From a virus, in IMG/VR virus record IMGVR_UViG_3300044912_000678, positions 1 through 64,000 of that record: a stretch of DNA of 64,000 nucleotides. One strand, written 5' to 3'. The notes under the pieces were generated by a model that saw only the letters and a list, made by a program, of their open reading frames with translations, was not told the DNA's origin and searched no databases. This document shows, one piece after another, positions 46,817 through 56,663 of this stretch. Both the position numbers and the translations under genes were made by a program. The first letter of the stretch is position 1. Each line of letters opens with the position of its first letter.

Positions 46817-47407
46817 TTAAACATTTTCAAAATGTGGCTGATAAGAAGATGGGTAGCAAGAATATACATAACCACCCGTCTTCTGTTCTCTATCAACTAT
46901 CTTCCACCATCTTTTATGATTGGTTTTAGGAAATATAACGCTTTCTTTATCCATTTCTGTTGTTGTCCAAAAATTCAAAAATAAATCATGTTCTTCTGTA
47001 ATAACCGCCTCAAAAGAAAAAGGATTTCCGTAAGTAACTGTTACAAATTCTTCATCATACAAATTATCAATCTTTTTTTGAAGTATTGATGGCAAACAAT
47101 AAATAAATGATTTTTTCAAACCATCATCTTCTTTTTCTTTTATTTTTTCTTTTTCTTTTATTACAACAGGTTTTCTTTCAATTATTGGCTCTTCTTTTGG
47201 TGGTTGAGTCATGTTTAATTCATCTATAAATTTGTCTTTTATAGAAAAATCAGTGTTTAAAGGCTCTATTTTTATAGTGTCTTCTTGAACAACTGGATTC
47301 CATTTCATGTTGTGAATTGTATACTTAGTCCAAACATTTTGCTCTTTTAAAAGCAAATTAGGACCACGAAGCCTATAGACAGAACCATCTTTATTTTTTA
47401 GTACCAT
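46817..47407 (-). CDS. Possible paralogue of the gp14-like neck protein
   Basis: N-terminus MVLKNKDGSVYRLRG vs MALKNTDGTCYKPLG of gene 49558. Confidence 0.45.
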   Translation of the reverse strand: MVLKNKDGSVYRLRGPNLLLKEQNVWTKYTIHNMKWNPVVQEDTIKIEPLNTDFSIKDKFIDELNMTQPPKEEPIIERKPVVIKEKEKIKEKEDDGLKKSFIYCLPSILQKKIDNLYDEEFVTVTYGNPFSFEAVITEEHDLFLNFWTTTEMDKESVIFPKTNHKRWWKIVDREQKTGGYVYSCYPSSYQPHFENV

Positions 47408-47483
47408 ACTATTCTATTTAAGGAAAATTAGAAAAAAAATTATCATTATCTTCTAAATAAGACACAGTCAAAGGAGAATTAAC

Positions 47484-47912
47484 ATGAGTTTACTTGTACC
47501 TGATGTTGGCGAAATTTTAATGTTGCAGTATCTTGTAAATATGATTTCTACAGATGGAACTGCTGCTCCAGCTAATGGCGAAAGACTTTTACGATTATTT
47601 ACGAACAATCTTACACCAGTAGAAGGAACTACTCTTTCAACCGTTACGGAAGCAGTTGGCTCTACTGGATATGCACCAGTAACATTAGTTGGATCAAGCT
47701 GGACGACCACTCAATCTGTTGGCGTTACCACTGCAGTTTATAGCGAACAAACATTCACATTTACAACTGCGGTAACTGTTTATGGTTACTATGTAACGAC
47801 CATTTATGGATCTCCAGCCTTATTATGGCTCGAAAGATTCTCTGGTGCGCCTTTCATTTTGCCAAGTGGTGGCGGTCAAATTGCAATTAGTCCAAGAATA
47901 AGTTTAGACTAA
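47484..47912 (+). CDS. Virion structural protein (Thr-rich beta protein)
   Basis: LRLFTNN.TP, GYA..L...W, TVYGYYV and L.W.ERF motifs; late-type CTAAATA upstream. Confidence 0.6.
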   Translation: MSLLVPDVGEILMLQYLVNMISTDGTAAPANGERLLRLFTNNLTPVEGTTLSTVTEAVGSTGYAPVTLVGSSWTTTQSVGVTTAVYSEQTFTFTTAVTVYGYYVTTIYGSPALLWLERFSGAPFILPSGGGQIAISPRISLD

Positions 47913-47930
47913 TAAATATAAAAATTATGT

Positions 47931-47962
47931 AGAGACTAATTGAAAAATTAGTCTCTTTTTTT
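47931..47962 (+). terminator. Rho-independent terminator
   Basis: agagactaat-tgaaaa-attagtctct followed by a T run. Confidence 0.8.
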
Positions 47963-47998
47963 ATTTATTGTACATAAATAAGCCTGAGAGGTAAATAT

Positions 47999-49555
47999 AT
48001 GATTAATATTTTATTTAGAAAATGGTTCTTAGAGAACGACACATTCACAATTTCTTTATTCAATAATTCAATTAACGAAGCGAAAAAAATGGGAGGAGAA
48101 GGTTTTTTAGATGAATTATCCTTAGAGTATTATGAAAAAGAAATTAAATATAGAATCAAACAATTCGCAGATAGGTTGAAAGATAAAGAAAAAATAAAAC
48201 AAATTGTTCCTTTTAGCATATTAGAAGATTTAGCTAAACAAAAAAAAATTACAATTAATGTACTTATAGACGATATACATAAGGCTGCAAATAAATATAA
48301 CAAAGATGAAGATGAAATAAAATATACTTCTTTTTTGCAAAATTTGCACATTCATAAAATGCATCCAAGTGGATCAGATGCTTTAGCGACTTCTCTTTTT
48401 CAAAAAATAAAATCTAAAACCAAACCAAATTACATTTATCGTAGTCTTAAGACAGTGGATAAAATTATTGATAATGATAAATCAGAACTTAAAAATCCTC
48501 CAGAAAATCCAAAAATTGGAGATAGGCACCAAGCCCAAGGTTACACATGGAAATTCATGAGTGACAGAACATGGATAAAAATTAGAAAAGACACAGACGA
48601 GTATGAAGGAACAGAATTGTTAAATATGTTTAATAGAAGCAAATTAGATCGTCCTATGTTGAAAGCAATTTTGCATTATTATGATAATGATTATTTTAAT
48701 GAAAAAGAAGTCATGAAAGACTTTGAAGGTTCATGTAAATATATTGGAAGAAATCAATTGAAAAAAGATATTGGAAAAGATGCAATGGTGAAAGCCGATC
48801 CATACAAAGGAGATAAAACCAAAATATTTGAAAGAGCAAAAATTAAATTTCCTAATCCAGAAATAGATAGTATCTATAAAGACGAAGAAACTAACACTAC
48901 TTGGAATTGGATTTATTCAAAGAAAACAAAAGGCATGGGATGGAAAGAAATTCTAAAACAAAAACCAATTTCACATATTAGCTTACACGGTGAAGACGGA
49001 GATGACCTTGAAGTAGAAGGAAGAGAAAAAGAAGAAAATCCATTAGATCCAGAGAGTGAATATAGTTCTAAAGAATATGATGCTGAAATTAAAAAGTATG
49101 GTGATTACGAAGTCACAAAACCATTTGGCATTAAAAGTCCTCAAAAAAAACCAACAACAGATCAAAAAAACACAATAAGAGATATTGTTTCAGGTCTAGA
49201 ATCATTTAAAAGCTATTTAGAAACCACCACAACATTGGCGAATGATATACCAAAATCTAAAACCAGATATGGTTATATTAAAAAAGATAATACCGAAAAA
49301 GATAATTTTTCTGTGTACGAATTTTACCGTAAAATTTTTATTGAACTTACTGATGATTTTATCTCACAAATCAAAGGTGGAAAAAATTCATCTGATGTAC
49401 AAAAGACTTTTCCAAAGTGGTTTGCAAATAAAGAAATTTTATTGCCTAGCAATGCTAAAAAAATAGCACTCTGGTCGAGATTTACAAAAGAAAAATATAA
49501 CTATGAGCTTGAATCATATGCATATAAAAATAATTTTAAAATAAAAGATAAATAA
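47999..49555 (+). CDS. Large hypothetical protein with CTS-like start
   Basis: MINILFRKWFLE; two P.NP.I...TW.(F/W) mini-repeats. Confidence 0.55.
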   Translation: MINILFRKWFLENDTFTISLFNNSINEAKKMGGEGFLDELSLEYYEKEIKYRIKQFADRLKDKEKIKQIVPFSILEDLAKQKKITINVLIDDIHKAANKYNKDEDEIKYTSFLQNLHIHKMHPSGSDALATSLFQKIKSKTKPNYIYRSLKTVDKIIDNDKSELKNPPENPKIGDRHQAQGYTWKFMSDRTWIKIRKDTDEYEGTELLNMFNRSKLDRPMLKAILHYYDNDYFNEKEVMKDFEGSCKYIGRNQLKKDIGKDAMVKADPYKGDKTKIFERAKIKFPNPEIDSIYKDEETNTTWNWIYSKKTKGMGWKEILKQKPISHISLHGEDGDDLEVEGREKEENPLDPESEYSSKEYDAEIKKYGDYEVTKPFGIKSPQKKPTTDQKNTIRDIVSGLESFKSYLETTTTLANDIPKSKTRYGYIKKDNTEKDNFSVYEFYRKIFIELTDDFISQIKGGKNSSDVQKTFPKWFANKEILLPSNAKKIALWSRFTKEKYNYELESYAYKNNFKIKDK

Positions 49556-49557
49556 AA

Positions 49558-50100
49558 ATGGCATTAAAAAATACAGATGGAACTTGTTATAAGCCTTTAG
49601 GAAGTGTGCAACAGTACAATCCCAATGCACCAGAACATGATCTTTTCAATCAATGGGATCAAGAATCTATCAGGCGTGGTGGATCTCCTTTGTATTACTA
49701 TGAAGTTTTTATTCAACAACAAACTGTAGATCCACTTTATTTGGAAGATCGTGGTAAAATATTTTCAAACAATCCAATTCAATTGTGGTGTAGTTACGAA
49801 CCAATACCATCTCAAAATGCATTAAGTCAATTTGGTATAGATTCACCAGACGAAATGGTATTTGAAGTAAATTACAAGGCTGTTCTTCAATCTATAGGAC
49901 ATCCTCCAAAGATTGGATCAAGAATTTTTAGTCCTCACTTAAGAGAAAATTGGGTAATTATCCAACGAAACTTAGGTGAGTTTAAATTGTGGGGAGCATT
50001 AAGAATGGAACTCATTTGTCAGAGATTCCAAGAATCTGTTACGACTGGCGAAGGCGAAGTTACACAGAAACAACCAGACCTTAAAATTAAAATTGTATAG
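49558..50100 (+). CDS. gp14: Neck/head-closure protein, gp14-like
   Basis: E.I...G..L.YY, DPLY.ED..K.F, S.FGI...DE..F and P.IG..I..P. Confidence 0.75.
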   Translation: MALKNTDGTCYKPLGSVQQYNPNAPEHDLFNQWDQESIRRGGSPLYYYEVFIQQQTVDPLYLEDRGKIFSNNPIQLWCSYEPIPSQNALSQFGIDSPDEMVFEVNYKAVLQSIGHPPKIGSRIFSPHLRENWVIIQRNLGEFKLWGALRMELICQRFQESVTTGEGEVTQKQPDLKIKIV

Positions 50101-50108
50101 GAGATTTC

Positions 50109-50558
50109 ATGGGTATATTTTTTGAATTCTTAGAAAAAATTCGTATTGAAAAAATGTTATTAGAACAAGATGCACCACAAGGATCGCCACAAGGTGGTAA
50201 TCCTCAAGATCAAGGAAATATGACAGCACCAGACGCTCCTCCAGAACAGCAAGATTCAAGTTCTGGTCAAGGCGAAGAAAGTGGTCTATCTCCAACTGCT
50301 CATGACGATAATTTTTCAAAATTAATTGATATTATGAAACAAGCTTTGCCAGATTTGAAACCAGAAAATAGAAAAATTATTGATGCATTTTTAAAAACAA
50401 ATAATTTATCTGGCGGAGATGAACCTAAAAAAGATTCCCAAGACCAAGACCAAAGTCAGGGTCAAGACCAAAGTCAGGGTCAAGCACCGCCAACAGGAAT
50501 GGGCGATCAATCAGGAATGCCAGCACAACCTAACCAGATGGCTGCTCCACAAATGTAG
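50109..50558 (+). CDS. Gln-rich protein with CTS-like start
   Basis: MGIFFEFLEKIRIEKMLLEQ. Confidence 0.6.
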   Translation: MGIFFEFLEKIRIEKMLLEQDAPQGSPQGGNPQDQGNMTAPDAPPEQQDSSSGQGEESGLSPTAHDDNFSKLIDIMKQALPDLKPENRKIIDAFLKTNNLSGGDEPKKDSQDQDQSQGQDQSQGQAPPTGMGDQSGMPAQPNQMAAPQM

Positions 50559-50706
50559 TGAAGTTTTGTTTTTCATATAGATTAGGCTTATGTACATTTG
50601 TTATAAGCGACAAAGGTATTTTTGGCTGTATCAGTCTTTCGCTTTGAAAGATCAAGGGTTTATAACTCTTGGTCTTTTTTTTCAGTTTGAATGGTGGGAT
50701 TTTCAT
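50530..50706 (-). CDS. Small basic ORF (58 aa, MKIPPFKLKKK...), not in the ORF track
   Basis: AAAGGA RBS with an ATG overlapping the end of gene 50660; fills the gap between genes. Confidence 0.35.
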   Translation of the reverse strand: MKIPPFKLKKKTKSYKPLIFQSERLIQPKIPLSLITNVHKPNLYEKQNFTTFVEQPSG

Positions 50707-51520
50707 TTTTTCCTTTTACTAATTTTCTAGCTATACGACCCCTTGGTTTTGCTTTTATTTCTTCTAAATGTTTTTGAACATGAGGACATCCATGTTTCGC
50801 AGCAACAGATGCAAGTTTTTTATATTTATCGTCAAACTGGTGACCGCCTTCAGATGTCCATGTTAAGCCAGCAATACTTCTTGCGTTATCTGCAATTATT
50901 CCGTCTTGCGATCCTCTTTTAAAAATTTCTTGTTCTGTCATAGGCTCTACTTCATAAGAGACTTTTTTTGGCAAAATTAAAATTTGTGCATATGGCTCGT
51001 CTTTTCTAAATATATATTTTTGTCCTTCAACTGGATTTTTGAAAACAACAAAAAATATTTTTGACCACCAACTAGTTTGCAAATGCCCCGGAACTACACA
51101 TGGAACAGTATTTGTTGTGTCGGTATAAAATCTTGGATGAGACTCCATTCTTAGTACATATCCATCTGGAACTTGTATGTCTAAGCATGATGTCATTCCA
51201 AAATGACCATCAGCAAAACAAGCAAATGGAGGGAGATGAACTCCTTGTGATTTTGTAATTTCATTTTCTGCTGCGAAATCACCTTCAAAATGCATCTTGC
51301 CATCACGCATTGTAGCGTGAAATTCCGTTTCAAACGGAAATGTTAATTCCATCCCATAAGTTGAACCATCGATAAATGGCTGGCAGTGCCATGGTTGTGC
51401 CTTACTTCCATTTGTGTGTGTGTGATCACAACCACTCCAGCCGGGAATTTGAAGTTTTATAGATTTTGGTGGTTTTCCCAAATGCCATGTTCGACACTTA
51501 ACTCTAATAGTTTCAGACAT
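50660..51520 (-). CDS. DUF6065-like hypothetical protein
   Basis: HCQPF..G..YG.EL.FP, PG.LQT.WW and F.K.EP.AQI..LP. Confidence 0.5.
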   Translation of the reverse strand: MSETIRVKCRTWHLGKPPKSIKLQIPGWSGCDHTHTNGSKAQPWHCQPFIDGSTYGMELTFPFETEFHATMRDGKMHFEGDFAAENEITKSQGVHLPPFACFADGHFGMTSCLDIQVPDGYVLRMESHPRFYTDTTNTVPCVVPGHLQTSWWSKIFFVVFKNPVEGQKYIFRKDEPYAQILILPKKVSYEVEPMTEQEIFKRGSQDGIIADNARSIAGLTWTSEGGHQFDDKYKKLASVAAKHGCPHVQKHLEEIKAKPRGRIARKLVKGKNENPTIQTEKKDQEL

Positions 51521-51561
51521 TTTTGGTGTCACACTCCATAACTAGGTATAAAGGAAAAAAA

Positions 51562-52554
51562 ATGAACGATATTAATCATCCATCAAAAGGTCTCAATGAA
51601 TGCAATGATAAAAGCCCTTTGAATTATAATGAAAATCTTGATTCATTTCCATCAAATTGCAAACCCGGAGAAAATAATTCCAATTTTCGCCAAGTCAATG
51701 ACGAATCATTGAATTGGCTTAAAGATACGACAAATAAAAAAGTTGGTTTGGGTGCTGCTGCAAATTGTGATCCTATGCAGACTGGATCTATTTTAAATGA
51801 TCCTAGTAAAACTAGTCGTGACACCATTTATCGTTATTCAAAAGCGAAGCGTGGTTGCGATGATGCGATGAGAGACCTTTTTACAGATATTGTTGTTATT
51901 GATGAAAATGCAAAAGCTCATCCAATTCCAATTATTTGGGGTACACAAGAAAAAGCAGTTGCAGCAATTCTTTTAGACAATGTAAGAAAAGATGAAACAT
52001 TAGTTGTTGATAGAATTAAATTACCGATGTTAGCAATTCATGATTCGGACATTCAGTTCAATACAAGCAGATATACATATCACAAGGCTTTAGATTATAG
52101 AAGATATCTAAGAGAAGATAATAAGCCGGGATTTACAATTGATGAAAAATACAATAGAGACACAGTGCTTGGATTTGCTCGTGGAATACCAGTAGATATT
52201 ACATATACTCTTTATGCTTGGACATTATATGTCGAAGATATGAATCAAATTTTAGAACAAATTTTGTTAAAATTTAGTCAAACAGCATATATAAGCGTAA
52301 CTGGCGTTCCGTATGAGATAATAGTAAAGCTTGATTCGATTGCTAATAATTTGGATTATGAACCCGGAGATCAAGCAATCAGAGTTATAAAATATCAGTT
52401 TAATATGACAACTGAAACATATATACCTCAACCGATCACCAGACAAAAAGCCGTACTAAAAACAAAAATTGATTTTGTTGATGGCTTAGAAGAAAACGAA
52501 ATTCAGCAGGTTATGGCGAGATTGGAAGAAAGTGTAAAGGAACTTAAATGTTAG
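51562..52554 (+). CDS. gp15: Tail terminator/sheath stabiliser, gp15-like
   Basis: PIPI.WG..EK, LPMLA, PVDI.Y.L..W....EDM.QI.EQI...F; lies upstream of the sheath. Confidence 0.8.
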   Translation: MNDINHPSKGLNECNDKSPLNYNENLDSFPSNCKPGENNSNFRQVNDESLNWLKDTTNKKVGLGAAANCDPMQTGSILNDPSKTSRDTIYRYSKAKRGCDDAMRDLFTDIVVIDENAKAHPIPIIWGTQEKAVAAILLDNVRKDETLVVDRIKLPMLAIHDSDIQFNTSRYTYHKALDYRRYLREDNKPGFTIDEKYNRDTVLGFARGIPVDITYTLYAWTLYVEDMNQILEQILLKFSQTAYISVTGVPYEIIVKLDSIANNLDYEPGDQAIRVIKYQFNMTTETYIPQPITRQKAVLKTKIDFVDGLEENEIQQVMARLEESVKELKC

Positions 52555-52775
52555 AAATTAAGAACAAGCATAGATTTCCAGTTCAATTAATCATAAGGTC
52601 AAGGAAGGCTCCTCGTGCTTTCACAACTTTGAATATTCCGGGAATAGGTTGTGGAAAAAATATTTTTTATTTAGAAGATGAACGAGCAACTGAATATATA
52701 GACAGAGCAGTAACTGACGGATTTATCTCTGTCAAGCATGTACCGAACAATATTTTGTTAAAAAAGGGAGAATAG
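52548..52775 (+). CDS. Small hypothetical tail-region protein
   Basis: Translationally coupled between gp15 and gp18. Confidence 0.6.
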   Translation: MLEIKNKHRFPVQLIIRSRKAPRAFTTLNIPGIGCGKNIFYLEDERATEYIDRAVTDGFISVKHVPNNILLKKGE

Positions 52776-52778
52776 ACT

Positions 52779-55130
52779 ATGGCGATACTTAGAGGTTTTC
52801 CACCATCAAACACAATCAGTCCAAGTGTTCGCATTGCCGAAAAGGACTTGAGTTTTGTCGCACCAGAGCAATCTTTGCACAGGGCGGCTTTAATTGGATT
52901 CGCAAGCAAAGGTCCAATTAATATTCCTACTATAATTGCAAGCCAAAGACAGCTTCGTAGAACCTTTGGTAATCCTCATCCAGAAAATGGAGATCCATAT
53001 CTTATCTACGCTGCAGAAAGTTATTTGCTTATTGCAAATGAATTGTATGTTGTTCGTGTTGCAGATACCGATCCAGTTAGCGATGAATCTGCGACTATGG
53101 CAGAAGTAGAAGTTCCTTCTGCTGGTACAATTATCGAAATTGTTTCTGATACTCCTTCACCATATGTTTTCGATCAAACTAGCTTTTTCCGTTGGAGACT
53201 TAATGGTGTACTCAGCGAAAGAACTTTGATAGTTGAAGAAAATGGCACAGGTTACGATACAGATGAACTTGTAGAATTACTGAACGATCAAATTGATTTT
53301 CAGAATGATGGCATTCAATTTTTTGGTGGAGCAGATGATAATATAGGAATAAGAACTCTTTGGGCTTATGGTCCTTCTGCAGAACTTGAATTTGTTGCTG
53401 TACAGAACTCCATTTGTGGTTCCGAAGGATCTACTGGTCTTGGAACAGATATGTTAGTTGCTGAAATCCAAGGCACTGCGTCTCATTATCCCGATGTTAC
53501 TTATACAACATCAGGGTATTATAACTTTGATGGATTAACTGGCATTACTCTCAATATCGTTGTTGATGGAACAGATAATGTTCTTATCGACAATGTAGTT
53601 CAAGTTATTGATCTTTCAGCCTTTGACGGCATGGGCGATGTAGATATTGATGATATCGTTACTGAAATCAATAGCCAAGTAGAAAGTGGAAGTCTTCCCG
53701 GTGGTTGGATAGCTTCTGTATTTGGAGGAACATCTTTGAAGTTTGAAACGCTTCATAGTGGTCGTGATGCTAGATTGCGTATTAAACCAGATAGCACTGG
53801 CGAACTTATATTCGGATTGCCGACAACAACCGCAAGTGGTGACACTCCTCCCGGCGATATGAGTGAGGCATCCCTTTGGACATTTGGTAGAGTGGCTGGC
53901 GATACCAATAACGATGGATCTATTTCTTTCTTGGTTACTGCAGACTCAGTTGGTATTGAAGGAAACTTCACTCAAGTTGTTGTTAAAAACAACACTCGTG
54001 ACAGCAATTGGATTCTAGAAGTTTACAACAATGGAAATCAAGTAGAATCTTGGGGTCAACTCACAAAAGATTCTGCAAGTACATTCTATATTGGAAGCTA
54101 CTTATCTTTAGTATCTGATTATATTCGATCAGTAGACAACACAGATGTTCTTGCTGGACCCGCAGACGGAACATATACATTGTCTGGTGGTTCTGATGGT
54201 ATTCCTTCAGATCCAGATTTACAAGATTCTTTATTGATCGGTAGTTCTGTTGGATACAGTGGTATTTATGCTGTATCTGAATCTGAACAATATGACATCG
54301 ATTTAATTGCGGTTCCCGGACATAGCAGCACGACTGTAGTGACAGAATTGCTTTACATGTGTCAAAATTTCCGCCAAGACTGCATGGCAATTATTGATGC
54401 TCCATTCGGCTTGACCGTAAATGAAATCATTGCATGGCAAAATGGAACTCATCCTTTAAACACCACTAGATTCGATAGTGACTTTGGTGCGCTTTACTGG
54501 CCATGGGTTCGTATTCGTGACAACTTCAACAGAGTAGACATTTGGGCGCCACCTAGCGGATCTATAATGGCAGTTTATGCACAGAGTGATCGCTTGGCTC
54601 GTCCTTGGTTTGCTCCTGCAGGTATCACCCGTGGTGTTGTTCCCGGTATTAATGATGTTTATTCTCGCCCTTCGCAAGAAGAAAGAGACTTGATGTATGG
54701 CTATAGGAACTGCATTAATCCTATCGTACAGTTTGTAGATACTGAAGGTTTCGTGGTTTGGGGTCAGAAAACTATGCAGAGAAGACCCACTGCTCTTGAT
54801 CGTGTAAATGTAAGACGCTTAATGTTTTATATTGAAAAGCAAATCAAGGCTAAGTCACGAATTCTATTGTTTGAACCACATGATGAACAATTTAGAGCAG
54901 AGTTCATAAGAATTGCAACTTTAGTTCTTCAAGAGGTTCAGACTGACCGAGGTATTACAGCCTTTAAAATTAAGGCTGATGCCGAACTCAATACTTCCGA
55001 TGTGATCGATAGGAATGAGTTTAGAGCAAGAATTGGTGTACAGCCAACAAGAGCAGTTGAATTCATGTTCCTTGAGTTCAGTATTCATCGAACCGGCAGT
55101 GACTTCACCGAAAGCACAGATGCATTCTAA
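52779..55130 (+). CDS. gp18: Contractile tail sheath protein, gp18-like
   Basis: SPSV...E.DLS, G.A.KGP, YWPW, PPSG, PWFAPAG..RG, INPI, WGQKT, DRVNVRRL and FEP.D. Confidence 0.96.
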   Translation: MAILRGFPPSNTISPSVRIAEKDLSFVAPEQSLHRAALIGFASKGPINIPTIIASQRQLRRTFGNPHPENGDPYLIYAAESYLLIANELYVVRVADTDPVSDESATMAEVEVPSAGTIIEIVSDTPSPYVFDQTSFFRWRLNGVLSERTLIVEENGTGYDTDELVELLNDQIDFQNDGIQFFGGADDNIGIRTLWAYGPSAELEFVAVQNSICGSEGSTGLGTDMLVAEIQGTASHYPDVTYTTSGYYNFDGLTGITLNIVVDGTDNVLIDNVVQVIDLSAFDGMGDVDIDDIVTEINSQVESGSLPGGWIASVFGGTSLKFETLHSGRDARLRIKPDSTGELIFGLPTTTASGDTPPGDMSEASLWTFGRVAGDTNNDGSISFLVTADSVGIEGNFTQVVVKNNTRDSNWILEVYNNGNQVESWGQLTKDSASTFYIGSYLSLVSDYIRSVDNTDVLAGPADGTYTLSGGSDGIPSDPDLQDSLLIGSSVGYSGIYAVSESEQYDIDLIAVPGHSSTTVVTELLYMCQNFRQDCMAIIDAPFGLTVNEIIAWQNGTHPLNTTRFDSDFGALYWPWVRIRDNFNRVDIWAPPSGSIMAVYAQSDRLARPWFAPAGITRGVVPGINDVYSRPSQEERDLMYGYRNCINPIVQFVDTEGFVVWGQKTMQRRPTALDRVNVRRLMFYIEKQIKAKSRILLFEPHDEQFRAEFIRIATLVLQEVQTDRGITAFKIKADAELNTSDVIDRNEFRARIGVQPTRAVEFMFLEFSIHRTGSDFTESTDAF

Positions 55131-55152
55131 TTTTTGAAAGGGGAATTAAAAA

Positions 55153-55737
55153 ATGGCACAGTTAATGCACTTAAATGAGTTGGCTACAAACACCAACTTG
55201 GTATTCAAAAGAAAATATAGATGGACATTCGAAGTTCAGTGGAACGGCAAAAAGGTCGGCAAAAACTTTGTAAAGTTGGCTAGTCGTCCTAATTTAACAA
55301 TCGAAGAAACTGAAATCAACTACTTGCACGGAAAAATGTGGATTCCGGGCAAGGCAAGTTGGGAAACCATCACTGTAACCTATTATGATGTTGCTCGCTC
55401 AACAGGCAACGGCATGACAGATCTTTACAGCTGGTTAGCTTCGATCTATAATTTTCAAGATCAAGGCGAAAAGATGATGCAGCAGACCACCGTCCAAGGT
55501 GATGGTAATAATGGTGGTTGGGCTGGCAAAGGTACTTTGCTTATGTATGATGGTTGCGGAACAGAACTCGAATCTTGGGAACTTCGAGGCGTTTGGCCAT
55601 CAGCCGTAAACTTTGGCGATCTCGACTATAGTTCTTCTGAAGAAGCAACTATCGAGTTGACCCTTAGATATTACCAAGCTATATACAACAATCTTTGTGG
55701 AACGAATCCTCAACCACAATGCATAGGTTGTTCATAA
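55153..55737 (+). CDS. gp19: Tail tube protein, gp19-like
   Basis: RP.L..EE, PGK..W..ITVT.YD, WP..V.FG.LDY and L.LRY; follows the sheath gene. Confidence 0.88.
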   Translation: MAQLMHLNELATNTNLVFKRKYRWTFEVQWNGKKVGKNFVKLASRPNLTIEETEINYLHGKMWIPGKASWETITVTYYDVARSTGNGMTDLYSWLASIYNFQDQGEKMMQQTTVQGDGNNGGWAGKGTLLMYDGCGTELESWELRGVWPSAVNFGDLDYSSSEEATIELTLRYYQAIYNNLCGTNPQPQCIGCS

Positions 55738-55758
55738 TAATAATCCTTTCAAAAATTG

Positions 55759-55797
55759 TAAAGCTCCGAATCTTATAAAGATACGGAGCTTTATTTT
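55759..55797 (+). terminator. Terminator after the tail tube gene
   Basis: taaagctccg/cggagcttta stem followed by TTTT. Confidence 0.7.
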
Positions 55798-55811
55798 CAT
55801 AAGAGGCGATA

Positions 55812-56324
55812 ATGGCACAAAGAATGAGTTTTGATTTCGGATTGGACAAAACAACCGCTTGCTTCAAACGCAAGTATAGATGGCTTTTAAAAATTGATGG
55901 TGTTTCGGCAGAAGGAATTGATGCTTTGCCTCCAACCAAATCTGGTCGTCCAAGCTTAACATTTAAAAGCATGGAAGCACAACATTTTCATGAAACCATT
56001 TATTTTCCCGGCAAACCAGATTGGAAACCTATAAATTTAACTTTATTTGATTTAAAAAAAAACAAACATCCAGTAATAGAATGGATCAATGAATATTACG
56101 AAGTAAATTCTTCTGGTGTCAAACTTAAAACTGCGACCAATGGATTTAAAAAACAAGGAAAATTAGAACTATATGATGGCTGTGGCGAAATAATAGAAAA
56201 GTGGATATTTGAAAACATGTATCCAGAAACAGTAGAATTCGGTGAATTAGATCACAGCGATTCAAATATAATTTATGTAGATCTTAGCTTAAGATACGAC
56301 AGAGCTTATTATGAGCCAGTTTAA
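55812..56324 (+). CDS. Second gp19-like tube protein (tube paralogue/initiator)
   Basis: Shares FKRKYRW, RP.LT, PGK..W, YDGCG and FG.LD with gene 55153. Confidence 0.8.
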   Translation: MAQRMSFDFGLDKTTACFKRKYRWLLKIDGVSAEGIDALPPTKSGRPSLTFKSMEAQHFHETIYFPGKPDWKPINLTLFDLKKNKHPVIEWINEYYEVNSSGVKLKTATNGFKKQGKLELYDGCGEIIEKWIFENMYPETVEFGELDHSDSNIIYVDLSLRYDRAYYEPV

Positions 56325-56578
56325 TCTTCTTCTGGATCTGTTGAGCTACTAAAATAAAGATCATTCTTTAAAATTTCTCTACACTCTTCAAGTGCCTGTT
56401 CGAGTTCTTTTGGTTTCCATCCCAAAACTCGACACGCACCACTCTTGTTGAGTCTTCCCTTTTTAGTGTACACATCTTTTTCATTTTCAAGAAGTGCATC
56501 TATAAGTGGTGCATATCCCTTTTCCATTAATTTTTGTATAAGTTCTTGTTTTTCTAATTGCTCAATAAGATTGCTCAT
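56321..56578 (-). CDS. Small HTH-like protein
   Basis: LNKSGACRVLGWKPKEL. Confidence 0.55.
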   Translation of the reverse strand: MSNLIEQLEKQELIQKLMEKGYAPLIDALLENEKDVYTKKGRLNKSGACRVLGWKPKELEQALEECREILKNDLYFSSSTDPEED

Positions 56579-56619
56579 ATGTTACCTAAATTAAGTGGCG
56601 TACAATATCCACTATTAAA

Positions 56620-56648
56620 ATTATAAGTATGCTGGAAATATTTTTCAA
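56620..56648 (-). promoter_or_regulatory. Sigma70-type promoter
   Basis: TTGAAA-17 nt-TATAAT on the - strand. Confidence 0.7.
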
Positions 56649-56663
56649 GCAATCAAATAAAAG

